This document shows, piece after piece, positions 51,057-64,000 of a stretch of 64,000 bases of DNA (positions within the stretch are counted from its first letter, which is position 1; each line of letters opens with the position of its first letter). The notes beneath the pieces are model-generated. The model had not been told where the DNA came from. It did no database searches and saw nothing but the letters and a program-made list of their open reading frames with translations. The stretch comes from Octopus sinensis. Lineage: Eukaryota. Where the stretch lies: NCBI RefSeq assembly GCF_006345805.1, contig NC_043011.1, forward strand, positions 23,262,464 to 23,326,463, given 5' to 3'. A program made the translations under genes and the position numbers.

Positions 51057-51911
51057 TGTCACTTCTATTTTTAATTATTTGAAGTGTTTCTGTAAGGAAA
51101 GAGCTGATTTCTAACAAAGATACAAAGCTCCAACGTTGGAATGTAGATTAAAAAAATGTTACATGTTGGACTTGAGAAAAATCTTGCATATTTTTAGCGT
51201 TATGCTTACAGGTATTTGTAATATGCGTCTTAACTGGCTGATTTCTTTCTCTGAAAACCCTAGCTATTTCAGATTGTCAAATAGACATTTACTCACAAAA
51301 CCAAGTGCCCCTATTATTATTACTGGAAATGTGAATTTATAATATAGTTATAGAAGCAGGAGGTTTCGAAGTAGTGGTCCGTAGCTCTCTTCTTACTCTT
51401 TGATTTTTGAAAAAATATTAACATCAGCTGGGCAGCTGACCTTTATAACGGTACACGTTTTTACTTGTCCATCCCAAACTATATCAGGCCTGTTGTGTTT
51501 GCATTTGACACATGTTTTGATGGGAATGTTCCACTAATATCCTTTTTATTGATGCTAACATATGTATTGAACAGCAAGTGGATTCTCTACATTTAGAAAG
51601 CAGTCTTTTTCCGGAGGGCTTCGTATATTGTTATAGTGAAACGTCGTCGCATTGGCAAGTAATAACTTGATGAGATTTTGGGGCAGCCACTGATCCTATG
51701 TGTAATGTTTTCAATAGAAATGTGACATAATCGACATTTTTGTTTTGGTTGCATCTTGGGGCTCCAAGGACTTCTCAGCCTCTTTTGTTTATCAGAAATT
51801 TCGTAGCAAACGCCTGCTCTTGGAGTGCATAAACTTCGAAGTGTGATGTGATGTAGGGGTCACAATACCAAAGAAGCAACACTTTATGTCGATATTAGTA
51901 TCATTTTTAAG

Positions 51912-52310
51912 ACTGCGAGCTGGCCGAAACGTTAGCACGCCAGGCGAAATGCTTTGCGGTATTTTGTCTGCTGCTACGTTCTGAGTTCAAATTCCGCCGA
52001 GGTCTACTTTGCTTTTCATCCTTTCGGGATCGATTAAATAAGTACCAGTTACGCACTGGGGTCTATATAATCGACTTAATCCGTTTGTCTGTCCTTGTTT
52101 GTCCTCTCTGTGTTTAGCCCCTTGCGGTAGTAAAGAAATAGGTATTTCGTCTGTCGTTACGTTCTGAGTTCAAATTCCGCTGAGGTCGACTTTGCCTCTC
52201 ATCCTTTCGAGGTCAATAAATTAAGAACCATTTGTGTACTTGGGTCGATCTAATCGACTTCCCCCTCCCCCAAAATTTCGGGTCTTGTGCCTAGAGAAGA
52301 AAAGGATATT
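51912..52310 (+). mobile_element. SINE family A, two tandem units, inside the R4-type element
   Basis: Unit starts at 51958 and 52141 (183 bp apart). Confidence 0.85.
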
Positions 52311-53349
52311 AGTAACATTTTCAAGTCTTCGGGAAACATAGCCATGCATAGTTTTTATATGCTTTTTCACACCCACATCGTTTTAGAGGTATGTTAGTTC
52401 AGTAGTTTTGGGATTGTAAAGCTGGTTGTCAGGAAGAGAGTACTTCTTGAAATGCTCACTACCGACTCGAATGATGTTGTTCTCTTCGCTTTTCAGCACT
52501 AGCTTTATATTTATGCTCGCTGCTGTTGTTTAGCAGGTGCTATCTGAGAGATATCATACAGCATTCACATTTTGTCTGCACTGATCTCACACCTCTACTT
52601 CCTTTATCTCTTATTAGTCTCAGGTAGAAGTTATCGATATCACTATTTCTGTGGAAGTTTCCAGATGATATCAGGATCTTGCAGTTTTTAATTTCTATGG
52701 AGCGGATTTCGTCTACAGACCAATCCCAAATGTTGGTATCAGCACTGGTACTGCAAATGCATTGTGGGATATTGTCTTGTAAGAAGAGAGCTCCGACTGC
52801 CATGTTTTTCTAAGTCTTGTATACTATTTTGGGGTTACTCTACCTTTATTCACAGAACCTTCGTATGATATATTTTCATCAAAGCCTAAGTATTTGTAGC
52901 ATTTTTTGTGTAGAACAGGTGAGATATAGAGACCGTTGAAGCACAGGTTCTGGGTCTGTAGGACTGATTTTTCACGATTTATCGGTCAAATATGGACACC
53001 TCTTGTTAAATTCCACAGTTATGTCAGCTGGAAATGTTATTAACTCGCGGTGTATTTGGGGGCGGGTGCATTGTAAACATTTTAGTATAGATCTTCATTC
53101 ATCCACGAAGAACCTATGAGTAGCATTAATGTCTCTAGCAGTTGCAAACCCTAGTATGTAGCTAATAATTTTTGCAAAAGAAATTTTAACGGATTATTTA
53201 ATGTCAATATGAAAAGAAGTACAGAAAGGCTATCTCCTTGGAATATTCCCTTTGAAATATCTATAACATCAGAGACAATCGTTTCGAACTCAGTTGTAAG
53301 TGTGAGGAATATTGCCCAGATCTTTGTGAGCCTCTCAATGGTAGTGACT

Positions 53350-53582
53350 AAGGCGGAGAGCTGGCAGAAACGTTAGCACGCCGGTCGAAATGCTTAACGG
53401 TATTTCGCTTGTCGTTACGTTGTGAGTTCAAATTCCGCCGAGGTTGACTTTGCCTTTCATCCTTTCGGGGTCGATAAATTAAGTACCAGTTACGCACTGG
53501 GGTCGATGTAATCGACTTAATACCTATGTCTCTCCTTGTTTGTCCCCTCTATGTTTAGCCCCTTGTGGGTAATAAAGAAATA
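53350..53582 (+). mobile_element. SINE family A (one unit) with TSD, inside the R4-type element
   Basis: ggtagtgactaagg at 53340-53353 and 53583-53596. Confidence 0.9.
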
Positions 53583-55288
53583 GGTAGTGACTAAGGTAGC
53601 AGGTACTTTTGTCAAGTGCAGTAACTTTAGCAACCCTCAGTTGGACGCTTTCGTATAGTCAACCCATGTATGCCATAAGACTTCTAGAGTGTGTTCTTAT
53701 TTCAGACAGCACATCATTTTTTTTTATTAAATGTTGTTCGGTACATACCACACCCGCTTCTCTGCCCTTGCCAGTTAATTAATCACTATGTTGTTGAACT
53801 AACAAATAATCTTGAAGGAACTAGTTGAGACAACTTGTAGAGCTTATAATGTTTAGACAAACCGTGGGCCTATACTTTCCTGCTAATTTGGTGGTTTCCT
53901 TTTTGGCTACAAGATTCCTCCGTGCTATAGCAAGCCTATGTCAATCTAGCCTTCTATAGTTATTTGAAACATACACATTAATGGCATTCTGTAGATCAGC
54001 CCCTTGTACCAGTATCCAACAATTAAGTCCCTTCTAGGTGTCTTCCCACTATGTGGTTTGCCTTCAGCTATGATGAAAGTTTCAGCGTCAATTGTGTATG
54101 CTTTACTATCGATGTTAGGAAAGAATTTTCTCCTAATCGTATTTAACCACAATGCATCTCAGGTTGAAATTTTTCTTTTCATTCCAGAGCTTAGAGTACA
54201 ATGATTCAAAATCTTCTTGAGAAAAGTTTTCTAAACGGTAATGTCCTTCTTCCTCCTCTTCCGATATAACGCCTGTGAATTGGAAGCAAACTTGGAAGCA
54301 GGCTATGCCCATGCAATTCACGAAGAGACCCTCACCAACTACTTGAATCATAAAAAGTAGAGAATATTGACTGGCAATAAATATAATTGTGCAAATATAT
54401 TGTTGTGTGGAACCACAAGAAAATATACAAACTTTATTGTGAAGAGCAGCTGCCCTCTAGATCCAGTGTGGTTAGAAAAATACAGGAGAAAAACCAACTC
54501 CACGGACCATTCATAAGGAGTTTGAAAATCTAGTACCCAACATACATTGTCAGTTTCATACCGTGTAGCAATTTTTTCTTTTAGTCTTTGGACAGTGTTA
54601 TTTTCCTATTTGCGTCTATCTAGAATCAAAGGAAATGACTACTATTGCCTTCAAACTTTGCTTTTATTGACTTGAAACTGATCTATTTTCCATTGCCTTT
54701 CAGACAACTTCAGTGCTGAGTTGCTTGTAGAAATGTCGTTATAGAAAAAATTCTGCCCAATATCACAGATTTGCTTGTCAGTGTTTTGAGCATCTCCCTT
54801 TGGTGGCTGACAATATGTGCATCTCTGATCAGGAGCAGAAGTAGTGGAGGAGCATCATAGCCATGTGTTGAGAGGGATTCTTTGAGGTTTGGATAAGTGT
54901 AACAAAAGCAAAGTTTGAAGGAAATATTAGCCATTTTTCATACTTTTTAAGGGTAAGCAAATAAGAAATAACAACTGCTACCCAAAAACAAAAACTGTGT
55001 TAGTGTTATTGGAGGAATAGGATATGCAACAACCGGCCTAGAGTAAAGTATGACTGAAGTTGGATTCTTGGGGAGAGGATGTAACCCTCTGGCTCATACG
55101 CTACAACTGATCACGGCATCAGGGACAATAAGATTTAAAAGGATGATGAACAAAACAAGATGCTTTCCTTCACAACTTCGCAGGTGACTTGTCAAAACTC
55201 TAAATTAAAGAGAAAAAGAAAACACACAAACACATATACGTGTAAACCCCCGCTACACACATACACACACACACGTACTTTTCTTTTT

Positions 55289-56417
55289 TCTTTTATTCTT
55301 TTATTTGTTTCAGTCATTTGACTGCGGCCATGCTGGGGCACCGCCTTTAGTCGAACAAATCGACCCCAGGGCTTATTCTTTGTAAGCCTAGTACTTATTC
55401 TATCTGTCTCTGTTGCCGAACTGCTAAGTGACGGGGACGTAAACACACCAGCATCGGTTGTTAAACGATGTTGTGTGAAGGGGGAAAACACAGACACACA
55501 AACATATACATACATATATACGACGGGCTTCTTTCAGTTTCCGTCTACTAAATCCACTCACAAGGCTTTGGTCGGCCCGAGGCTATAGTAGAAGACACTT
55601 GCTCAAGGTGCCACGCAGTGGGACTGAACCCGGAACCATGTGGTTCGTAAGTAAGCTACTTTATTTCATAAAATTTGTCATCATAGACAGTACAAAGAGT
55701 GTGTAGCTTTGCGGGCTGGACAAACACATTAATGAATGAAAATGAAATAGAATGAATAAATGAGAGACGAAACCCAACACCCGCCGATTGGATTTTTCTC
55801 GAAAACATATTTTCTTTTTTTAAAAAATCAATATGAGGTTTCAAACCTCTTACAAGAAGGAGGCACTAAAACCTCTTACTTAACATGTTTTTTTTTAAAC
55901 ACACAATTGAGGTTATAAACCTCTACAAATAATACAATGAGGTTTCAAACCCTATAACGAGGGTCTTTCACCTCCTACTCTTCGATATATCCATCATTAT
56001 CTTCAATGCCGCTTGAGTTCCTGTATCCCGCCATTTCCCATGCCTCACGTGTAAGGGCCACCCGGCCATATGCGACACTCCTCCCCAAATCCTTTAAGCT
56101 TTTCCCACAAGGGAAACCTTATGATCTCCACGGCTATCTGCGGAGGCCATTCGGGATCCCGTGTGAAGGGCATATCTGCTGTCTCTTTATGTTCTTCTAC
56201 TATTTTTTCCACCTCCCCGCCCTTATAGAAAAAGATAATTAATTGATCATCTTTAAGGGTGGGGGTGGTTTCTTCCACCGTGGGTGGCACAACTTCGGGA
56301 CATCATCTCCCCGCTGAGATGACCCGTTCTTCTTCTTTTTTTTTCTTTTCTTCCTGACTTCGGGAGAGTGGAGCTCTTTCGTAAGCAAGCTACTTACCTT
56401 ACAGCCACGCCTGTGCC
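55289..56417 (-). mobile_element. CORE-type SINE interrupted in its tRNA-like head by a 716-bp insert
   Basis: SINE 55289-55661 resumes at 56378-56417. Confidence 0.85.
55662..56377 (-). mobile_element. Unclassified retroposed insert with 18-bp TSD
   Basis: ttcgtaagtaagctactt (55644-55661) and ttcgtaagcaagctactt (56378-56395); broken basic ORF remnants 56045-56442. Confidence 0.75.
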
Positions 56418-56907
56418 TATAATGCATGCAAAATGCATACATACACTCATGCGTTCTTTATTTCAAATTTTGCTGTTATCTTAAAGAATTTTTTTATTTT
56501 AACCACTTGAAATTATGTAAATACATTAAGTCTGTGCGCATGTAAGCATTGTATATTGTAATTTAAAAGTGTACTTTTAATTTTGTTGAATATTTATGCC
56601 TGTGTTATATTCTGTGTCATATGGAAAATGCGATTTAAAAGTTTCATTCATACAAAACGTAACATAACTAAAGTTTTTGTGCGGCTTTTGTTTGGGGGAG
56701 GGTTCAAAGAGGTGGGATGGTTCACTCAGGTACAGCACTGAGCGAGAACACTACGTGAAATGAAAGGACGTTCTGGTGTAGTTACTGCTGCCGTCGTCGT
56801 CGTCGTGATCGTTGGTGTTGATATTGTTGATGATGTCATCGTTGTTGCTGTTATTGTAGTTGCTGTTTAGCCACAGGTCGCATTTGATTGACCAGACCTA
56901 TGATATA

Positions 56908-57069
56908 GGCGCAAGAGTGGCTGTGTGGTAAGTAGCTTGCTTACCAACAACATGGTTCCGGGTTCAGTTCCACTGCGTGATACCTTGGGCAAGTGCCTTC
57001 TACTATAGCCTTGGGCCAACCAAAGCCTTGTGAGTGGATTTGGTAGACGGAAACTGAAAGAAGCCCGTC

Positions 57070-57114
<45 letters not shown>

Positions 57115-57171
57115 TGAAGGTTTGGAGATGATGTACATGTATTTATGACGTACAGGTATTATATATATATA

Positions 57172-57230
<59 letters not shown>

Positions 57231-57467
57231 GTATGTATGTACGTATGTGTGTATATGTTTGTGTGTCTGTGTTTGTCCCCCCGCCAACATCGCTTGACAA
57301 CTGATGCTGGTGTGTTTACGTCCCCGTAACTTAGCAGTTCGGCAAAAGAGACCGATAGAATAAGTACTAGGCTTACAAAGAACAAGTCCTGGGGTCGATT
57401 TGCTCGACTAAAAGGCGGTGCTCCAGCATGGTCACAGTCAAAAGACTGAAACAAGCAAAAGAGTAAA
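56908..57467 (+). mobile_element. CORE-type SINE, complete bipartite copy with internal (TA)n
   Basis: Head ggcgcaagagtggctgtgtggtaag, CORE-like accttgggcaagtg, TA tract, 3' half ending gactgaaacaagcaaaagag. Confidence 0.9.
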
Positions 57468-57494
57468 GGGTTTCATAATCTTATTATTCAAGAC

Positions 57495-58230
57495 GTTAAG
57501 GTAGCGAGCTGGCAGAATCGTTTGCACATCGGACAGAATGCTTAGCGGCATTTCGTCCGTCTTTGCGTTCTGAGTTCAAATTCCACAGAGGTCGACTTTG
57601 CCTTTCATCTTTCCGCAGACGTTAAATTAAATACCAGTGAAACACTGGGGTCGATGTAATCCACTAGCCCCTCCCACAACATTTCAAGTTCTGTGCCTAT
57701 AGTAGAAATGATTACTGTTCAAGACTTTAAGGCAGCGAGCTGACGGTGAGCTGGCAGAAACGTTAGCACGATGGGCGAAATGCGTAGCCGTATTTCGTCT
57801 GCCGTTACGTTCTGAGTTCAAATTCCGCCGAGGTCGACTTTGTCTGTCTGTCCACTTGTCTGTCCCTGTTTGTGTGTAGCCCCTTGTGGACAGTAAAGAA
57901 ATAAAAATCGTTGGCACGCCGGATAAAATGCTTAGCGTCATTTCGTTCTGATCTTTACGTTCAGCGTTCAAATTCTACGGTGATTGACTTTGTCTTTCAT
58001 TCCTCTCAGGAAAGATAAGGTAAGTACCAGTCAAGCATTGTGGTCGATATACAAATTCCAGGCTCCACAATTTCCACCCAACAAATTCCAGGCTAAGTGG
58101 CGTTTCTTCGAACTGTTTACGCTCTGAGTTCAAATTCCACCAATTCATCGTTTAGTTTAGCATTGGGGTCGATGCCTCGCCTAAATATGTTGGACTTGCA
58201 CCAAAATTTGAGACAATTATTATTCAAGAC
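57495..58230 (+). mobile_element. Cluster of SINE family A copies and fragments; further copies at 9820-10030, 25945-26165, 46560-46775, 48325-48565 (-), 49235-49480 (-)
   Basis: Repeated gagctggcagaa.cgtt.gcac heads and gagttcaaattcc cores. Confidence 0.8.
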
Positions 58231-58999
58231 GTTAGGATGTGATATAAAGGAGATTTTGGCTGCTATCTTTAACCGATCAACGACCACGTAGAGATATACT
58301 CTTTAACTTTGAGTCCATGTGGTTATTGTTTCTATTGTTTAGCCCTGGGTTAGCTTTCATCGAGCAAGCTCTATGATTAAAGACCTTCTAGACATGACTA
58401 TCACGTCTATTCAGGAATACATCTCGAACATTATCTAATGCATTCTGTGTTATATGCGACGGTTAAGGGAATGTTGAGGGAGATTTGGGTGCTATTTCAC
58501 GTTGTATGCTGTGATTGTATTTGGTGGGAATGTTCTACCTATATCTCGTAGGTTGAAATATATGAATCAATTCAACTCTAGAGCAGTATTGCTAAGAACT
58601 TATTTGTATATTGCATTGTTATAGCAATATGACGCATTGCAAGGTAAATGTTTTGTTGACATACCAGTCAAGTTATATATCCCCACATTTTCACACCTAC
58701 ATACGCACTCCTTTACGCACATGCGCACCTTCATTTTGGGATCACTACTACTTTGTTATCTCCCCTACTTCTTAGCTCTCCTGTGTGACCCTTCTGTCCG
58801 GCATTCGCCATGATAGATCGCTAGTCACTACACACATTTTTTTTCTCTCCTTGTTTCTTTCTGTGTTCCTTAGGCTCAAAACGTTATAGATTTTTTCAAT
58901 TCCCGAGTGTTAAACTAATACATCTGTTTGTTTTCTACACCACCTGTCTTCGTCTTTTGTTGGTTTGTTTTTGTGAATTCTCCCCCCCCCCTATATATA

Positions 59000-59063
<64 letters not shown>

Positions 59064-59260
59064 CCGCATATATATATATATATATAGGTATGTTGGTGCA
59101 AACAAGAAAAATATGACTATATGTATATTTTCGTTTCGTGGAATATATATATATATAGTGAGAATTTACAAAAAAACAAAAAACAAAAAAAACAAAAGAC
59201 GAAGACGGGTGTGTAAACAACAAACAGATGTATTAGTTTAACGTTCGAGAAGTGAGAAAG

Positions 59261-59298
59261 TCTTTTACGTTTCGAGTCTACGCTCTTCGACAGAAAGA
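59261..59298 (-). ncRNA. Minimal HHR motif, family A
   Basis: rc tcttt-CTGTCGA-a-gagc(gtag)actc-GAAA-cgt-a-aaaga. Confidence 0.6.
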
Positions 59299-59362
59299 AA
59301 CACAGAAATAAATAGGGAGAGAAAATAGAAAAAGGTTTAGTGGCTAGCGGTCTACCATGGCA

Positions 59363-60735
59363 ATAGCAGAAATATCCGGCGTTGCCCGGGTTAAAGAAAC
59401 TAATGAAATTTAAAAACGCCGTCTAGATTACGCAGGTCTCAACTACTAGTAGTTTCTACATTTATAACTTTCCAACCCATGCCAGCATAGAACACAGATG
59501 TGAAAAGAAAGTTTTCTGCTCATATGTACATAAAGTAAATTCAAAATCACGTTTTGTCTATCTATTTTCGTAATCCCAAAACAGGTACAGATTATAAACA
59601 ATGAAAGGCCATGCGTAGAGTACACACACACAAACAGACAGCGAATGTATCACGTTATTGTTTCACTTGTATACATTCAGACATACATTCATGCATGTCA
59701 GTCGAAAAGTGAAACTTTAACACTCAATGGTTTTACACATCTGTATATGATATGAACATACTAGTCATGTAAGTGCTTCTTCATATACTATACTTTCTGT
59801 CTTGCCATGTTTATCACTGAGAATGTAGAGGATCTTTTTATCTCCAGCTCTAGAACATCCAACATACAGCTGATCATGTGAGAAGCAAAGTTTTAAGGAG
59901 GTTAAGTCCCACTACCTTTAGAGATTGACCTTCTGCTTTGCTGATAGACATTGCAAAGCTAAGCTTGACAGGAAAATGCAGTCTCTTGAACTGAAAGGGG
60001 AGATCATTTGAGATGGGAGGTATCCTTGGAATGAAAACATTCTCACCCATCATATTGCCTGTAATTATTGTTGCTTCCAAACACATGGGGCATGGTTGTT
60101 TTAACAGCCAACCTTCTTCCATTGCGGAGTCTGGGTGCATCAAGTTTTCTTAATAACATTAAGGGAGTACCAGTTTTCATGATCAAAATGTGTGATGGAA
60201 ATCCTGGTGGCTGAAGTGAATTGAGGAACTCCAATGGGTTATACGTTTCCTGTTCTTGACCAGGGACAGAGTCAATTGATCTGTATGAATATTCAGGTCC
60301 TGGAAGCTGAGACAACAAATTTAGATTTAGCTTGTCTACAGCATCATTTCTCGGTGCCAGAATTGTTCTTTCACGTAACCATTTGTGACTTTTATAGTTT
60401 GTGGCAATGTTTGGAAAGGCCTTGCTTCTCAGTTCTTCAAAGAAGGCAGTCATATTGCCACATAGGAAGTGTTGCAGACTATCTGCTGGATCTTGTGGAA
60501 GTTTTCCATTTCCAATATCAAGTAACTTGTTCAAGAACTATGCGGCTAACGGGTCACCATGAATGTTAACCCACATGTTGGTTGTTAAAGCAAGCTGCTT
60601 GACATATTGCCAAATATATGAGGACTTGATGCAAGCTCTCAGTTCATCTGCCCTTGTTCCTCTGGGAACGACAGGCAGCGTTTGCCTGAAGTCACCAGCC
60701 ATGAGAAGGGTGACACCACCCATTATCTTCTTATT
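59363..60735 (-). mobile_element. Helitron 3' fragment (Pif1-type helicase pseudogene and 3' end)
   Basis: LLMAGDFRQTLPVVPRG, ILAPRNDAV, EFLNSLQPPGFPSH, FPVKLSFAMSISKAEGQSL; rc terminus cccgggcaacgccgga hairpin followed by ctgctat (CTAG-like). Confidence 0.9.
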
Positions 60736-60748
60736 GTTTCTGAAGTCT

Positions 60749-60782
<34 letters not shown>

Positions 60783-60850
60783 ATATATATATACGTTTAA
60801 ATATTTGTTGTGCAAGATTTTTTATGTGAAGTCGTGTGTTGAAACAGATA

Positions 60851-61787
60851 TTGTTATATTTCGGAATGGTCATTTTGCCAGTTTAGCCAATAAAAACAAT
60901 ATTTTGATGGCAGACCTCGTCAGAATAATGAGAAATGTGTCATGCATGTGCGAGCCCATAGAGTTAAAGAGACACATACAATATTTCATTCACCGCATGC
61001 AGTTCTCAGGTTACAGCCATAAAGAAAGGATCAGAGTATACAAAGGAGCCATTAAGAAATTTGATAATATATTATGTAATGATAGGAATGGTATTTGCCC
61101 ATTCTATAGGAACAAGTCATGGAACACTATAGAAAGGAAAAAAAAGAAAATAGGGAAGGCCAACTCTTGGTATGATAGCCATAAATACCAGAGTGTCATG
61201 TTCGTTGACACCACCCCTGGAGGTGAACTGGCGTATCGCTTTAGAAGGACCCTAGACAAACTTAAGCTAAGAATTAAGGTTGTTGAAAAGCCAGGCAACC
61301 CTATCAAATCTATAATTGGTAGAACCTATCCTTTTAGTAGAACCCCCTGTACAGATAGGTACTGTACTGTATGTAGATTTAGCCCACAAACAAACTGTAA
61401 AGCCAGAAATGTAGTCTATAGTATAAGATGTATAGAGGGACGATGCAGTAACAAGACAACGACATACGTAGGGGAAACGGCAAGAAGCATAGGAGAGCGG
61501 GTAAATGAGCATTGGAGACAACTCAAAGAAGGTAAAAGCTCATCGATTCTGTACCAACACGCCGAACAAGAACACGGGAGATCAATCAATAACATAGAAA
61601 TTAAAATATTATCCACACATAGATCAGATGCAACAATTAGACAAATTACGGAAGCTACACACGTAATAGAAAATAAACCTAGCCTGAATAGAAAACTAGA
61701 ATGGAGCACTAACACACACCACAACATATGACGATAGAGGATCCTGAAAACATAATAAATACACAGATAAATAAATAAATAAATAAC

Positions 61788-61828
<41 letters not shown>

Positions 61829-61837
61829 ATGTATATG

Positions 61838-61869
<32 letters not shown>

Positions 61870-62412
61870 ATATATATATTTTTTTTTTCGATTCAATTTA
61901 TTATTATTATTACTAGTATTGTTGTTATACATACATACATACATACATACATACATACATACATACATACAAGCATATGTAATGATAATAATGGGTGGAT
62001 GTAAACACATGAACAAAATAAGAATAAACAAAAACAAAAAACAAAAAAAATACAAAATACAAAATACAAATTACATGAACATATATAAACAGAAGATACA
62101 AATATTACAGGCATGCCCCACATACACACACTAAATAAACATAAACGCACATAGAGATATAAGCATGCGCAAATGAAGACATACAACAGAAATACAAAAT
62201 GGCTGACGGTTAGTAAGGAGAGACACAAATAAGTGAGAAGAAAACAAAGGACCACTGATGCGGTCACAGGAGTGTGACGAAAGAACTCTGGCCGAAATAA
62301 GATTAAGATTAATGTAAAAAATAAATAACACTGAAGCAAAGTAACACCAAATATATAGTGCGTGTGTTTTTATTGGCTAAACTGGCAAAATGACCATTCC
62401 GAAATATAACAA
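60851..62412 (+). mobile_element. Penelope-like element, 5'-truncated, with GIY-YIG ORF, 3' pLTR and a 5' inverted pLTR end
   Basis: ORF ~60900-61731 with CKARNVVYSIRC...TYVGETARSIGERVNEH and RQITEA; 60851-60897 is the reverse complement of 62365-62411. Confidence 0.85.
62255..62282 (+). ncRNA. HHR-like core with A9->C (CUGAUGC) in the pLTR
   Basis: CTGATGC-g-gtcac(aggagt)gtgac-GAAA, sense to the PLE ORF; stems I and III are not convincingly closed. Confidence 0.4.
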
Positions 62413-62421
62413 TATATATAT

Positions 62422-62481
<60 letters not shown>

Positions 62482-62829
62482 ATATATACATACATATATA
62501 TACATATATATTTGTATGTATGTATGTATGAAGGAAGAGGGGTTTCGTGTGTGTATGTGAGAGAGAGTGAGAAAGAAAGAGACAGACAGACATATGCAAG
62601 CAGGGAAAAGGAGAGGTAAAGTGGTCCCAACTGACACGAAACCAAGTAGCAAGTTCACTATTTGCCAGAAGCATTCAACCGCTCTCATCGTTTCCTGAAA
62701 ATAAAAAATGCATGAAGTGCCACCGTACATTTGTCGATCACGGGAAACGATCAAAGTATAATCAAGATTACTGCATTTGCTTGAGTTAAATTCGATTTCG
62801 AACGAAATGTACAAAAGAAATCAGTAATA

Positions 62830-64000
62830 TACTTTATCCTGTTTATATAATAAAAGTCATTATTGTGAATTGTTAAAGAGATTCAAAGGCATACTGGTAA
62901 CTTTTTATAAGTCTGGTGTAGTATTTCGGTTGACTTTCCTTAATGTTCGTATGTCTATTTCCTTTGCTCGTTAAATGCCATCATTTATTAATGATATTTG
63001 ATAATGTCTTTTGATTAGTATTGGTCTGAGTTCAAGGAGTCTTCGTACATGATTATAAGTGTCCGAAACTATGGTACAGATTCTTTTCGCTAGAATATAA
63101 GGTGTATTAATTTTTATGTGTTTGGGGTGGCATGAGTTGAATAATAGGTATTGTTTTGAATCTGTGGGTTTATAGAAGATCTCCGTTTCGATGTGGTTAT
63201 TAACTATTTTAATTAGGATGTCAAGAAAAAGGAGTTATTTATTGCTGTGCTCCATGGTGAGTTGTATGTTGCTATTGATATTGTTGAGCATTATTTTGAA
63301 ATCGAGAAGTTTGTCCGTGCTATCTTTCCAAAGTATAAAGCAATCGTCCAAATACCTCTTCCAGTTCTCCTTTAAATAGCAATGAAATGAGGTGCCATAT
63401 TTTTGTAGTGATGATTGGTATATTTTAAGTTCTAGGTAACCCATTACAAGGTTCGCAATCATTGGGGCAGCTCAGGTTCCCATTGCAATTCCACATTTTT
63501 GTCGATAGTAAACTGTATCGAACATGAAATAGTTTTTCAGTAGGATGAAATTGAGTGTTGCGATTATGAATCTGTGGTTAGTGCGTCCTGGGATCTCTTC
63601 TGGGCATTTTTCTATCCAGAGGGTGATTGCTTCTATACCATAATCGTGAGGGATATTGGTGTACAAGTTCACCACATCGAATGATACTAACAGGGTTCCC
63701 TCATTTATTGTGTTCAGGAGGTGGTCGAGCATGTCTAAGTCATCCCTGATGAAGCTTTTCACATATTTTAGAAACGGTTTGAATAAGATGTCGAGGAAGT
63801 TGCTCAAACGGTGGGTTTCACATGTAGGGCCAGCAATGATGGGTCTAAGTTTGAGGTCAATAGGGGGAGGAACATTAATGCATAGGTTTGGAGAAACTTT
63901 ACAAGCTTTACAAAAGCGAATACTGTATATAGATTTTTGTGTATTTTAGGTAATCCGTAGAATACACTTGGTTTGTATAAATTGGATAAATAGTCAACTT
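62830..64000 (-). mobile_element. Penelope-like reverse transcriptase fragment, runs off the window edge
   Basis: LVSFDVVNLYTNIPHDYG, YYRQKCGIAMGT, IANLVMGYLE, WKRYLDDCF, PTDSKQYLLFNSCHPKH. Confidence 0.9.

Larger units (their letters stand above)
51055..54420 (-). mobile_element. R4/Dong-type non-LTR retrotransposon (RT + REL endonuclease), heavily decayed, with two SINE insertions
   Basis: rc YRPTVCLNII, KGIFQGDSLSVLLFIL, TH.FFVD, WDWSVDEI..GNFHRNSDIDNFYL (52540-52803), CPKISSSYYLPMR, KCKHNRPDIV, GALGFVSKCL. Confidence 0.8.

Noticed and set aside
63746-63780. CTGATGA...GAAAC resembling an HHR
   Set aside because: No stem II or stem I; antisense to RT codons, so a chance match

Overview
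AT-rich, microsatellite-saturated eukaryotic DNA made almost entirely of transposon debris. The SINE types suggest an octopus or other coleoid genome (inference). No host protein-coding gene, rRNA, bona fide tRNA or CRISPR array can be supported; nearly all listed ORFs are translations of microsatellites. Supportable content: four Penelope-like (PLE) RT/GIY-YIG fragments; a decayed R4/Dong-type non-LTR element; a Helitron helicase 3' fragment; DD34D mariners, a DD36E Tc1 with an open ORF, a DD37D maT, a Chapaev3-like element and a hAT fragment; and several tRNA-derived SINE families. The main unexplained signal is a dense set of type I hammerhead-ribozyme (HHR) motifs found by eye on both strands: about 12 with recognisable core and stems plus about 7 decayed, from at least 7 unrelated sequence families. 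They sit in non-coding PLE-terminus-like units that abut (TA)n tracts. They include a 408-bp fold-back palindrome with a canonical HHR in each arm, a circularly permuted ~440-nt retrozyme-like unit, a tRNA-headed SINE with an HHR-bearing tail, and a family with a fixed A6->U core variant. All folds were done by hand; self-cleavage is untested.
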